Origin: Lama glama
Lineage: Eukaryota
NCBI GenBank assembly: GCA_028534125.1
Contig: CM052816.1
Coordinates: 24,244,001 to 24,308,000 of the forward strand
Direction of reading: 5' to 3'
Length of the DNA stretch: 64,000 bases
This document shows positions 36,701 to 48,914 of this stretch, piece after piece. Made by a program: the position numbers and the translations under genes. The notes beneath the pieces are model-generated. The model did no database searches, was not told the origin of the DNA, and was given only the letters and a program-made list of their open reading frames with translations. Position 1 is the first letter of the stretch; every line of letters begins with the position of its first letter.

Positions 36701-39137
36701 TAACTACAAAAATTTATATATGTTCTAACAGAGAAAACTTCCTACTTTATAACTACAAGAGAAGCAATCATCAACACCCAAACATTTTTTTCCTAGCACT
36801 ACTGAACCAAGTGAAGTCATTACAATCCATTTTAGGCAAAAGTGATGTGAGAGTTGAGGACTGTTCCCCCAAACTCTCTCTCTCCTACTTTCTTCGCTCC
36901 TGAGATTGTCTGCTTTAGCATCTAACTAGGTGAGAGGCTCAGACACCTGCACGAGTCAGGACAGCACAACCTCTGGGTTGCCAGGTTGCACGTGCCTAGC
37001 CTGCAGATGGAAGCCTTACTTCCTCTGGTTCACTCCACCTGGCAGGAGCCCCACAGAGGTGGAATTCACCGCGGTGCCCTCACTCGAGCCTTCACAAACT
37101 ACAGACTGCTGCAGAATGTGTTTACTCAGTTACTGTGACCTAGCCCACAAACATGTGGACACCGAGGAGTCACAACTCCCATGGCAGCTGAAGGAACTAT
37201 GCAGGTCAGGTTGTGAAACAGCACCCATGGTTATTTAGAAGGGCGTTTGGAATTCATAGGGAGGATGGTTTTGTTTTAAACTCTGCTTATTACACTAGTA
37301 GAAAACAATGAATGTTGATTACCCTTTATTCTCCCTAATATCAGTGCTTCTCAAGGGAAGTATTTGCCATGTTATTCTCTAGGGAGACATGGTAACATGG
37401 AACTGGGTCCTATAACCAGGTATATGATAAAAATAACTAAATAAAAAGCCTGGGAAAACATTCTGAAATTATAAGTAAAGGTAAAATGTGAAAATCTGAT
37501 ACTATGAGCAAAGGTATCATTGGTATTCAAGGCAAAAAGAGAGAAACTATTTTAAAACTGATATGACTATCACGTAATGTAGAGAAATAGGTATATAAGT
37601 TTTGCTGGGTATAGGGGAAATGCAGTATATAAATTATGCAGGAAGCAAATTTCCTCCCTTGCCAGAGGGTGTTGGGGATTTGTTTCTAAATCATCTTGAA
37701 TTTGTAAGTTTTTTTCCAGTGTTGTTTCTTACATCCCGTCTCAACAACTAGGTCTCAATCATTGGACCTCCTTCCCCCAAGATCTGGATACTTTTTTTCC
37801 CCTCTCATTTGAACAAGAGGCCAGTGAAAATGAATTTGAGCATTCAGTTGTAAAAGCCTCTCTCTCCCTCCACTCACGTTTGACAGCAGCCACAGAAGAT
37901 GAAACCTGCTGGGGGTGTGAGTGGTTTGTAGTAAGGCGGTACCAGGTAGGAGGAATATGCTGATGAAGGAATCTGGCTCTCAATTAATGAATGACATCAA
38001 CGCCTTTCATGTTAAACGGCACACCGGAGGGCTAGGTGAGACAAGCAGGAAGGCGAAAGATCCTATCTTGTTAACTGACTTAATCTCACCTCCTCCCCTA
38101 GAACTCCAGACTGTTTACAAACCAGAACTTCCTTTTGTTTCATCAAACTGCCCCACCCAGAAATGAGCCACAGTAGTGGTTATGAATAGTGATTACGAAC
38201 CAGAAGAGATTTTGCCCCATCTCTTGTCATTACTTCCTGGAGGAACTAACTTCTTTAGGGAAAGCTGAAATGAAACTCACTTCTTGGTTTTTTAGGGTGG
38301 GGTGTTTTGTGTTGGATGCATTTTTTTTTTTAATCTTTCAATTTTAACAGGCCACACCCTCCGTTCCAAATGGACTGCAGATTCCACTCTGTGTTCCTAA
38401 CTTTGTATTATAAATGTTGGACTTGGCAAAAGCAACAGCAGTGGAACTGGTGTGGATAATAAAAGCTTTTGGTCTTGGAGAGAAAAAAATGAAAAGACCT
38501 GTTCAGAATTGCAGGGCCAGGGAGCCTGGCAGTTTTTCCTCATATTTCTAGGTGACAGACAAATTATTAGTTACCACATGTATAATTTATTCATAATTGC
38601 TCTAATTTGCCTCAAAGTTGTCTAAGTTGCCAGTTCAATGAGATCAACTATTTTGTACCCAGAAAATAGGAATCATGTGATAATTTAATGAAGTAGCTAG
38701 CCAGTGAGGGCGATTTCTGTGCAAATGCAATTACTGCCATTATAATTTAGAAAAGTGGGGGAGGAACAACACAATCAAACTTCTTAGAAGCTTATTGACT
38801 ACTATCACTCACTGGGACTACCATGCTACACATACAGTTCCCTCTTGCAGACGTATGGATATTTTGGGTTGGGTTGCAGTCTATCTGAAAGAAAAAAATG
38901 TCCTTCCTTCTTGGAGCATTATAGGAGCTGCTATGGGGTGGATGCTGAGTATCTCCTGTGGATGATCTGGGAGACAGAGGACTTGGGGGTCTGAAAATGA
39001 AGCTTGGAGCAGAGCTGGGCCTGAGGGTTGACATAGAACTTTTGTTCCTTCGTCTCAAAGCCAGTGTCCCAATTCTCTCAAAAAATGATTAGCTGACATC
39101 AGGTACTGCTATTAAGAACCCAAATGCAAAATGTTTT

Positions 39138-39690
39138 TGTTAGGTAGTTAGATAACTTGGGCACCGGGCAGACATGTGGAGGAGAGGGAGAATGGTTTGG
39201 AAGATGGCGTTAAGCCCACCTCCAACATAAAGGGGCTTTACTTCCTCTAAATGAGTGCCAGCAAGCAACCGGTTATAGCCCGACAGCCACAACTGCACGG
39301 TAGCAACAAGGACCTAACTGGACATGACCCAAGGCTCATTGTAATATAATTAGCATTGCGGTTTAGGCCCCGCCCCATGGATTTTTCTGTGTGCATCATG
39401 GGTAAGAACAGGTGCAAAGAGGACAAACATGACGAAGCATTCCAGGGGCAAGAGCAATCAATCAAGAGACCACCTCTAAGCAAGGGTATACCCTAAGAGA
39501 AGGGGAAAACAAAGACAGCTGCTTTTCCTCCCTGAGGTCAGCGCACCTCCCATTCTTGGAGGTGTGCTTTCCCTTTGCTACTCAATCCTTTAAAATCTTT
39601 CGCTAAACAATGCTCTGTCTCCCATCTGAATTCTCATCTTCTGGGTATGACAAGAACTGGGGTCTTTTCCCTTCCCTTTTTCGGGTAACA
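39138..39690 (+). mobile_element. ERV1-class solo LTR (MER39/MER50-like 5' end)
   Basis: Starts TGTTAGGTAGTTAGATA and ends GGGTAACA (TGTTA...TAACA inverted termini); flanks tttt/tctt; contains a GC box (ccccgccc) and a U5-like 'tgaattct...gacaagaac' segment. Confidence 0.8.
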
Positions 39691-40551
39691 TCTTCTTGTC
39701 TCCAGCCTGTCAGATTTCTCTCTGTTCCTCAAGCTCCTCAATTTACCAACAGAAACATTTTCTACTTATCTTCTCTACTGAATAGTCAAACAAGCTGAGG
39801 TCTCATTCTGCCTCTGTGCCATCAGCAAAACTGTGAAGTCCCTTCTGCTTGCTGATCTCTGTTCTGGCTGATTTGTAAGAGACAGGAACACAGTTTAACA
39901 TTTGATTCTCAGGCTTAAGCTGGTGGTCCTGGAAATGGCAGAAAGTAGGAAAAGGAAGTTTTTAGCTGACCTTTGAGAAAATTGGAAGTACAAGTGACAG
40001 GATAAATGTGGATGGCTCAGGACGTTTTAGAAAGTCACTCTTTTGCCCAACTCAGCTGGCAAACATCCTGGGACTGATAAAACTCCTTGCAGTTGATCAG
40101 AATTTGACTTTGGCTCAATCTGTCAAAGTCACAACCACATCTCTCAAGAGTACCATTTGGCCACAGGTCAAATCCATTATCACAAACACAGTGGATGTTC
40201 CTGAATAGCATTCCTAACCACAGCTGACATCCACGTGCTTCAAGTAAATCAAATACCAAAAAAATACCAGAAAAACAAAATGGTTTAGATAACCCCTGCT
40301 AATTTATTGAAATCAAAATACAGTCTCAAGGGACCAAATGGCATTTGGAAAAATGACCATATTCCTGGAATCTGAAATGAGACTATCGGTGACTAAGAAT
40401 TTAAACCAAATTTGGAAACTATTTATGGCCTTGTGACTTCCTTAGCATACTGTTAGTATGTTCCCAACCAAGGTGGAGCACCAGATGAGTCTCCTGGCTT
40501 AATGCTGGCTTGATCAAGGTTCAGTAAGCAACAGGGCAGGATGGACAGCCC

Positions 40552-40738
40552 ATTTATTCTCAAAGTAGGGTCTTAGGGCCAGAATCATTAGCATAATCTC
40601 GTAGCACAATAGAAAGGCAAAATTCATAGGCCTACCCCAGTCTATTATAGCAGCAATTCTGGGGAGCAGGCCCAGGAATCTGGGTTTTTATAAGCTCTGC
40701 TGATGATTCTGATGTTCACTCAAGTTTGAGAACCACTG
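40552..40738. mobile_element. MER5A-like hAT MITE
   Basis: 'ttctcaaagtaggg...ggcccaggaatctgggtttttataagctctgctgatgattctgatgttcactcaagtttgagaaccactg'. Confidence 0.8.
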
Positions 40739-40967
40739 GCCTCAGGATCTGGAACAAACTGACAAGTAGCAATTGATGGTTCGTGGATATACCTAGATGT
40801 GTTTCTTTCTGGAGATGAAAGAAGTGTGGCCATCATGGTGTCCTTTTTTTGGTTAGAAGCTAGCTACTGACTGCTGATTTTTGCTTTTGTTTCTAACATT
40901 TCCCAATACATCGGTCAGAACTATGGGACACCAAACATTGAAGCTGACTTACGATTATAGCCTGTGT

Positions 40968-41150
40968 ATAAAATAAACAAGAAGTTCATATTGTATAGCA
41001 CAGGGAACTATATGAAATATCTTGTAGCCTATAATGAAAAAGAATATGAAAATGAATATATGTATGTATATGGATGACTGAAACATTATGCTGTACACCA
41101 GAAGTTGACACAACATTGTAAACTGACTATACTTCAACTTAAAAGAAAAT
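40968..41150 (+). mobile_element. Young truncated L1 3' end with TSD
   Basis: 'tgtatagcacagggaactatat...gctgtacaccagaagttgacacaacattgtaaactgactatacttcaa' with A-rich tail; TSD tagcctgtgt (40958-40967) / tagtctgtgt (41153-41162). Confidence 0.85.
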
Positions 41151-41407
41151 ATTAGTCTGTGTTTTTAAACTTGGGACTATAAGGAACACATCCTAAATCT
41201 GTTTGGACTAAGAGGTAACCATATGCCTAAACAGTAGTAGACACTTTTCCTGAATCAGCTCTCTAAACATCTCAGCATTCTGCAGTATAGCAAAAAACCA
41301 GAAAGTAGACCAAAAAGATCTCTCATCATTCAACTTACTATGAAAACTGTGCACCAAAGTTCATACTTCTAAAAAAAATTCTTGGAGGCTGTCAAAATCT
41401 GTTTACT

Positions 41408-41470
41408 CTGACTTTCCAAAACTAGTTATGGCTCAGAATCACATGAGAAGCTTTTTAAAAATTCAGATGC
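41408..41470. mobile_element. MER5-like MITE, left part (interrupted)
   Basis: 'ttccaaaactagttatggctcagaatcacatgagaagctttttaaaaattcagatgc' resembles the MER5 start. Confidence 0.55.
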
Positions 41471-42600
41471 ATGAGACCTAAATGTAAGAGCTAAAACTCT
41501 AAAGCTCTTAGAAGAAACTTAGGTGTAAATCTTTGTGATCTTGGATTAGGCAACAGTTTCTTACCCATTACATCTAAAGCACAGGCATACAAAGAAAAAT
41601 TAGATAATTAAAATTTAAAACTTTGTGCTTCAAAGATGCAATCAAGATAGTGAAAATACAGCCCACCCAATAACAGAAAATATCTGCAAATCATTTATCT
41701 GAAAAGAGTCTAGTACCTAGAATATTAAAAAAAAAAGAAAGAAAGAAAACTCTTGGCACTCAACAGTTTAAAAAACACACAAATAACCCAACTTAAAAAT
41801 GGGCAAAAAGTCTGAATAGATATTTCTCCAAAGAAGACATGCAAATGGCTGATAAGCATGTGAAAATATGCTTGGCATCACTCATCACTAGGGAAACACA
41901 AGTCAAAACCACAATGCGATGCCACTTCACACTAGGAATAAGTAGAATCAAAAAGACAATAACAACAACAAAAAAAATACAGTAACAAGTATTGGGAAGA
42001 ATTTAGAGAAATCAGAAGGCTCACACATTGTTGATGGGAAATAAAATGGTGCAGCCAGTTTAGGAAATGGTCTGGAAGTTTCTCAGAAAGTTAAACATAG
42101 AGTTATCCTATGACCCAGCAATTCCACTCCTAGGTGTACACCCAGTAGCACTGAAGACATAAAAACTTGTCCATGAATGTTCACAAGCAACCCACATGTC
42201 CATCAACTGATGAATGGATAGACAAAATACAGTGTATTTATACAATGGGACATTATTCGTGCATAAAAAGGAATGAAGTATTGACACATGCTACAACATG
42301 GATGAGTCTTGAGAACATTAAGGTAAGTGAAAAAGCCAGACACAAAAAAGCCACACATTGTGTGAGTCCATTTCTATGAAACATCCAGAATAGATGATGC
42401 CTTAGAGATAGAAAGCTGGTTAATGGTTGTCTGGGCATTAGGGAAGTGAAGAGCGAGTGACTACTTCTGGGTATGGGTTTCTTTGGGGCTGATGCTGCTG
42501 CTCTGGAATTAGTGGTGCTGGCTGCACAACTCTGTAAACTACTAAAACCACTCAATTGTACACTTAAAAGGGTGAGTGAATTATATCTCAGCTTTTAAAA
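41471..42600 (+). mobile_element. L1 (L1MB-like) ORF2 3' region and 3' UTR
   Basis: 'agacctaaatgtaagagctaaaact...ctgaatagatatttctccaaagaagac...tatgacccagcaattccactcctaggt...gaattatatctca'. Confidence 0.9.
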
Positions 42601-42654
42601 AACAGGCAAGTCAGATTTGGCATGTGGGGCCAAAGTTTGCCAATCTCAGTTCTA
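42600..42654. mobile_element. MER58-like terminal fragment
   Basis: 'aaaaacaggcaagtcagatttggcatgtggggccaaagtttgccaatctcagttcta'. Confidence 0.5.
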
Positions 42655-42829
42655 TTGTGAAAGGAAAAAAAAAAAGAGGAGGAGCAGCAGACACATGAAA
42701 AAAAATGACAGAATATTGATAATTGCTGAACTGGATGATGAGGTGGTTCACTCCACTATTTTTTTTTGTACTTTTGAGTATTTTCAAACATACACAAACA
42801 TAGTTCCATAATAAAAAAATAATGTGATA

Positions 42830-42961
42830 CACCCTGAATTAGATATTAGAATCACCAAGGATGGGGTCTGGGCATCTACAGTTTTGACAAGTTTCCAGGT
42901 GATTTGCTTGAAGCCAATCAATTGCTGGTTTGAAAATCAATAGCTAGGAACCACTGCTCTA
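42830..42961. mobile_element. MER5-like MITE, right part
   Basis: 'ggatggggtctgggcatctacagttttgacaagtttccaggtgatt...ggaaccactgctcta'. Confidence 0.65.
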
Positions 42962-43587
42962 ACATATATAGTTCTGTTAGTTTGATTATCTTAGAAGTTA
43001 GAAGAGAGGAAAGCAACTCCTGCAGATAGACAAATAGGGAATAGTGGGGGGGCGGGGGGAAGGTTGCTGACAATCCAACAAGAGAAAAACAGGAAATAAG
43101 ATGCAAGTACAAAAACTTACAAAGCTCAGGGCTCTGAGACCATTTAGCAGAGAAGCAAACAGCCCCATATGCCATAACAAACTGAAATTTTCACTATATT
43201 ACAGAATAGCACAACTTTTGATATTCATAATGATGACCCGGAGGCAGAGAGGATTAAACTGTACTCAGTAAATGCCATTTAAGACATGTGGAAGTAAATA
43301 CTCATTTTAGAAAAAAGCATTTTAAGAATGCTCCAAGTGGTAAAACCTCAAATATTGAGGAAATCTGATTATCCAGGTAAAATTGTTTAAAAAATTTTTT
43401 AAGGTTTATTTTAAAGTTTAATGATTTTTTTCTACTTGGCTTTTATGAACACCGTGCAACTAAGGAAAAATAATAGGTTATCAACTTCCTGAAACAAGCA
43501 CTGGATACAGAAAACATTTTGGGGGAGAAAAACTGAGATGGAGGATTTTTTTTTTTTGAATGTATACTCTCTTCTAAGCCAGTAGTC

Positions 43588-44175
43588 TTTTTTTTTTAAT
43601 CAACTTCAATGAGGTATAACTTATGTATCACACTTTGAGCATATCATTTGAACACCTTTGACAAATGTACACACATTCATGTAACCACGTGCCCTTCAAC
43701 ACTCAGAATCTTTCCACCTCCTCAGAATTCTGTGCTCCTTTGCAGTCAGTTCCCCACCCCAATACCCATCTTGCCCTGAGACAGCTGCTGTGATCTGTGT
43801 CACTGTTGATTAATTTTGCCTCTAGAATTTCACACAGACTCACATACTTCATATGTTCTTGTGTCTGGCTTCTTTCAGCATAACTATGAGATACATGTAT
43901 GTTGCTGCATGCTATTAGTTCATTTCACTGGTAGTATGCATTGTATGAATACACCCAAAATTACCTATCCATTCACCTACAGTTTTCTGTTTGGGGCTAC
44001 TATGAATAAAAATGTGTAAGTCTTTTTATGGACATGTATTTTCATTTCTCGGGTAAATACCAACTGCTGGGCCACGTGTTCAGTATGTTTAACTTTGTAA
44101 GAACTGCCAAACTCTTTTCCCAAGCAGTTTCACCATTTTATACTCCCACTGGCAGTACATGAGAGTGACAGCTCA
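43588..44175 (-). mobile_element. L1 (L1MB/ME-like) 3' end
   Basis: T-run, then 'caacttcaatgaggtataac...tttggggctactatgaataaa...caccattttatactcccactggcagtacatgagagt'. Confidence 0.85.
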
Positions 44176-44639
44176 AGCCCATAACCTTGACTTACAAATT
44201 AGTAGAGAGAAAATTCCCTCCCTTTTTCATCGCTTTTCATCTCTCACTGGTTCCTCTGCTTCAGAAGCTTCACCCTGTATTTATGTAAACTTTCTCCATG
44301 TGGTTCCAAACCCTTTTTAGGCTTCAACCAGCATTAATATTGATATATTGCTAATTAATTATATATATATGTCATTTATATATAGAATTAACAGTGCATG
44401 TAATTAATGTACCATCAATAAACCAACATTTCAAACACAAAGTATTTTTCCCAGCACTGATAGCTAAACGCTGTTCCTGAAATAGCATTTATGTTCCTTT
44501 CTAGTAAGTAGGAAATGACGATGAATGAATCCTTGACCACTTAACATCTTGGCAATTTTTGTTTACTCTTTGGAAAGTCAACTTTCTGTGGAAGTCAGTG
44601 CCTCTGTTCATGAAAGAGGAGCAGTGCAGTTTACCGATA

Positions 44640-44855
44640 AAGAGCTCTAGATTAAAGAGCTAGGCAGACCAGTGAGAGAACCTTGGCTTCTTTCCACGGG
44701 CACATTCTTTAACACAAAGAGTCTTGGTTTCCTCATCTGCAGTCCGGAGGGTCACAATTATACATACCTCATGTGATAGTTCTGAAGCCAGTGATCTCAT
44801 GTATGGAAAGCCTTTGGCAATGTTCCTAGTCCGTATTTATTGCTCAACAAATGGA
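44640..44855 (+). mobile_element. MIR SINE
   Basis: 'gtcttggtttcctcatctgc...catgtatggaaagcctttggcaatgttcctag...tgctcaacaaatgg'. Confidence 0.65.
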
Positions 44856-45612
44856 AGCTTTAAAAAAGATGTATTCCAAAAGTCATCCTAGGAAACACAG
44901 GATGTGTTCTAAAATGTGAGTTCTCTCTCTTCCTTGCTTGGACCAGCATCATGTTATCTCTGTGCCCTAGGAAGTCAGGGAGACTCCCATTCCATTAGCT
45001 TCCCACAAGCCCCACCCTCCTCACAGATCATTAACTCCCCCACCTCCTTGGGAGCTAGGGCCGGCTAGTTTGATGAGGGTATGCACCTTTTTGCACCAGG
45101 TTCCAGTCTAGCTCACCTGCTCAAAAGCCGGGACCCAAGACTCAAAACTGGCTTACCATGTTGCCCTCTGCCTCAGCTGTTTCAGCTAATCTCACATTGA
45201 ACCATCCGGCTTCCTTCCAGAATTCAACCTTAATTAACATCCCACATGTTCAGGAGATCTACTAGACCTGTGGGCTGAGGGATTAAGATGCAGCTGCTAT
45301 GTGGACCCCAGTCTCAAACAACCATAGTAAGACAATAGGAAAAAAAACTGGACTCACATCTTAAAATTCCAGGAAAAAAAATTTTTTTAAGTTTAATTTT
45401 TCAAAGACATGGACCATAAGAAAGGGAAACTCCCCAGTTTCAGGCTTTCAACTTAAAGACCATTTGGTAAATGTTTCTCTTTGCATTTGCACATAAAGGG
45501 GCCTTTACAGAGTAGCCAGTATTGCATCTTCCCTAGCTCGTGAATCAGGAGAAAATGAAGTCTGTCAGGAGGTGAATGAATCAGATCAGTAAGTCAGTTA
45601 ATTAAGAAATGT

Positions 45613-45614
<2 letters not shown>

Positions 45615-45643
<29 letters not shown>

Positions 45644-45748
45644 ATGTGTGTGTGTGTGTATACATACATATATATGTGTGTGTATTATATATGTGCCATA
45701 TATATGTGTGTGTGTATATATGTGTGTGTGTATGTATATGTGTATGTC
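45615..45748. repeat. Compound (TG)n/(TA)n microsatellite
   Basis: Directly visible, nearly continuous alternating purine-pyrimidine tract of about 134 bp. Confidence 0.97.
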
Positions 45749-45999
45749 TGCTTTTTTTTTCCAATCGTTAACAATAACATTCCAAGGATTTTACTTTCCT
45801 TGATAACTCTGACAAGTTACCTATGATTGGTCAAATCTTGGTTTATATTTATTTCCAAAACTCAGATGCTTCTTCTCTAAGTAACAGTAATTCATTAAAA
45901 AATATTCTTCTAACAATTCATAAAAATAGGTTCTCTTCCAAGCAATCATTCTTAGCTCACTTATTTTATAAACAAAATAAAGAGGGCTAGAAAATAGTA

Positions 46000-46170
46000 T
46001 TAAAAATGTATCAAGTGCTACTGTGTGCCATGCACGGGGCTAAACATTACATACATTATCTGGGTAACGCTCACAATATGCTATAAACAGTGAAAGGTGC
46101 TTATTATCAGCTTAATTTATATAAAAGGAAACGAAAGCTTAGAGGGTATTAACTTGCCCACAGTCTCACG
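46000..46170 (-). mobile_element. MIR SINE
   Basis: 'caagtgctactgtgtgccatgcacggggctaaacattacatacattatc...aaggaaacgaaagcttagagggtattaacttgcccacagtc'. Confidence 0.7.
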
Positions 46171-48914
46171 GACTGAAAGAAAATCTTATTAAAAAATAAT
46201 AAAATAGACTCAATAACAAATTATAGAATCACAAGTTCATACTTAGTCTTATTATTGCTGCTGTTGTTGAATGCATACAGTTATCATATATATGCATAAA
46301 CACACAGACATATATGATCACTGTAATATAACCTTAGGCTGGAAAGGAATTACCACGGAACATCTAAGATCCTCATTTTCCAAATGAAGTTAAGGTCCGT
46401 GGATGTGAAATGACTAGCCCACAGGCACACAACCAGTTAACTGAATTTCAGACTCAGTCAGCAGATGTATATGTGTGCCCTCTGTAAACATGAGATCCTT
46501 AAAAGCTGGCAGTTTATCCTAACTGCCTTCCTTCCCTGACTTCTCACATTGCAAAACCACTGCGCTCATTTCATAGACCCATCCTTGTTTCCTCAGGTGA
46601 TGCTGCCTCCCTCGCTCTGTAGGACAAAGAAATGTACTGCGTATTTCTGTTCAGTTTCACAGATGACTGTTTACACTGTCAAAGAGTAACCATGCTAGCT
46701 TCCACATTGTCACTATCAGCCTGTCAACAGAATTGTGTATGGTATCACTGGAGTTGTGAAATAACCATTAATATTCATCTTTGTGTTTATATTTAGCAGT
46801 GAGTGTTAATGGTGTGATTATAGGATGTAAATAAGATCCACCCAGAGAGAGACCGAATGACTAAATGATTGCCTGGGGATCAGGGTTACCCAATGCATAT
46901 TGCACTCTGAAATGAAAATATCCAGCATAGACAACTTTATTATGACTATAAATATGGCTTCCTACTATTACCACTTCAAGCCAAATTATATATGTTTGAT
47001 GAGGCATAATTTCTTATTAGATCCAGAGAATACCAGGGCAGAATACATATGATGGAATTATAATTTGAATTTTAATCAAGCTTTGTTCATTTCCCAATAC
47101 TAGCTAATGAAATAAATTCAATACTGTAGTCGTACAAATGAACAGGGAACAACATAGGGCAAAAAAAGGAACAAATTATATTGCTCACCATAAATATTTT
47201 TTATAACAGTAAGCATAACTGTTGGCATTTTTTCCCCTGACCTTTCCATGAACCTCTTTCATCAGCCTTATGGTGGTCGCTTCTGAAAGACAGATGTCTG
47301 ATTGGGTTTTGGCATCTCTGATTAAGGATTTAACATGCTGAATTCAGCCCTTGAATGATTCTCTAAAGTTTTATTTTGATAACCTCTACGCAATCACTGC
47401 ATGCAGGCCAATGTTTCTCATTTCTGACAAACAGAATGTGTTGAAACATATCACTAGTGGAGAGGGAATTTATGTGATGGACTTTGGTTTGCTCCATTCT
47501 GTTTGCTATTTCCTCGGTTCTCTTCTTCCAGCATAACTAGAATAGAGACTTTTAGAGTAAGTGTTTATAATGAGATGCCACTGAATGAATGAAGTCATAG
47601 CTGCAACTGCCTCCAACACCCCATCATCTTGTCTGTACTAACCGTACCATCAGCCACATGAGAATAATATAAATAACAGAAAATTAAGTTACCTGAATAA
47701 TGAGCCATTTTTCCTTATTCCTAACCACTTTTAATTTATTCTGGTGAGTATTTAACTTCTAACCAGAGTGTTTATTATCTGGTCATTTTTCTAAATAACA
47801 ATAACATACTTGAGTATATGAACAATTAGAGTTTTGTAAAGGTTAAGGAGTCAGATGGAGTAAGCCTGTGGACACAAGGTGACATAACTTTGAATATTAA
47901 AACTCTGGTATTTGCCATATTGCCAATCTCTCTTTAATCGCAAAAAGTGGCAAAATATCATTGCTGTAAATGGCTTGGAGGTCTGGTAAAATATTGTTTT
48001 TCTAAAATGTTGAAGTCATCAAAGCAGTAGCAGGAGGTCAGTGTCTACTAGTGTTGCTTAATACCTGGAGGCAGATCAGGATGATCTTAGATTTGTTTTT
48101 CAGAACGTTTTCACAAGGGCAAATATTAATAAAAAATTAAAAACTTTTAGAGTTTGCATAAAGTAAGCAGTAATAAGATTTATACTCTGCCTCTGTAAGG
48201 GTGTTGAGTATCATTTCAGCTTGCAGATATTGGTACAACTGTCATATTATTTTCACATTGTGACAATTTTGAATTTTCCTCACTTGAAACATTGTCCCAG
48301 GGGGCACTGTGACTGTTAAACTAATCTTTATTCATGATTTATGCAGCCTGAACTCAAATCTCCGGAACAAAATTAATAAATCATGTGTCGATGGAGACAA
48401 TGGCAGAGACCGTAGATAATTTGATGAACAATTTCTATGTGTTAAATTGGTACCTCTTATCCAACTTTTAGTTTACATAAATTTTCTACTTAAGATATAA
48501 AAATTCTTAGGATCTTCTGGAAAGTGTAGAAATTGTTTCTTGCCTGATTTACTTCAAGATGGGTTGAAGCCAGGCTGGGCCAAACTGATGTATGGTCAGC
48601 TCACCCTTTAAAAGATAACTAGCAAGGAATATCACATAGCTTGAATTCATAGCATACCAATACTCTTGACTCAAAACTCTTTTGTTGCAATTTATGTCCA
48701 GTTGTTCTTGCTGTTTTCTCAAAGGAGCTCTCAGAGTATAACTGAGTACCCTCTGTGGAACTATAACTAAGTAATAACCTAGGAGAAAAGTACATTGGTA
48801 ATTAGTCCAGGAAGTGGTGCCGGTTGGAATACCAAGCAGGGCTAGCTGTCTGTTAGTTACTGAGTTGTTTTCCATGGTAGTATAGTAACTTCACCTTTAA
48901 GAATATCCAGGAAG

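Noticed and set aside
45614..45826. Cys/Val/Tyr-rich ORFs
   Set aside because: Translations of the (TG)/(TA) microsatellite.
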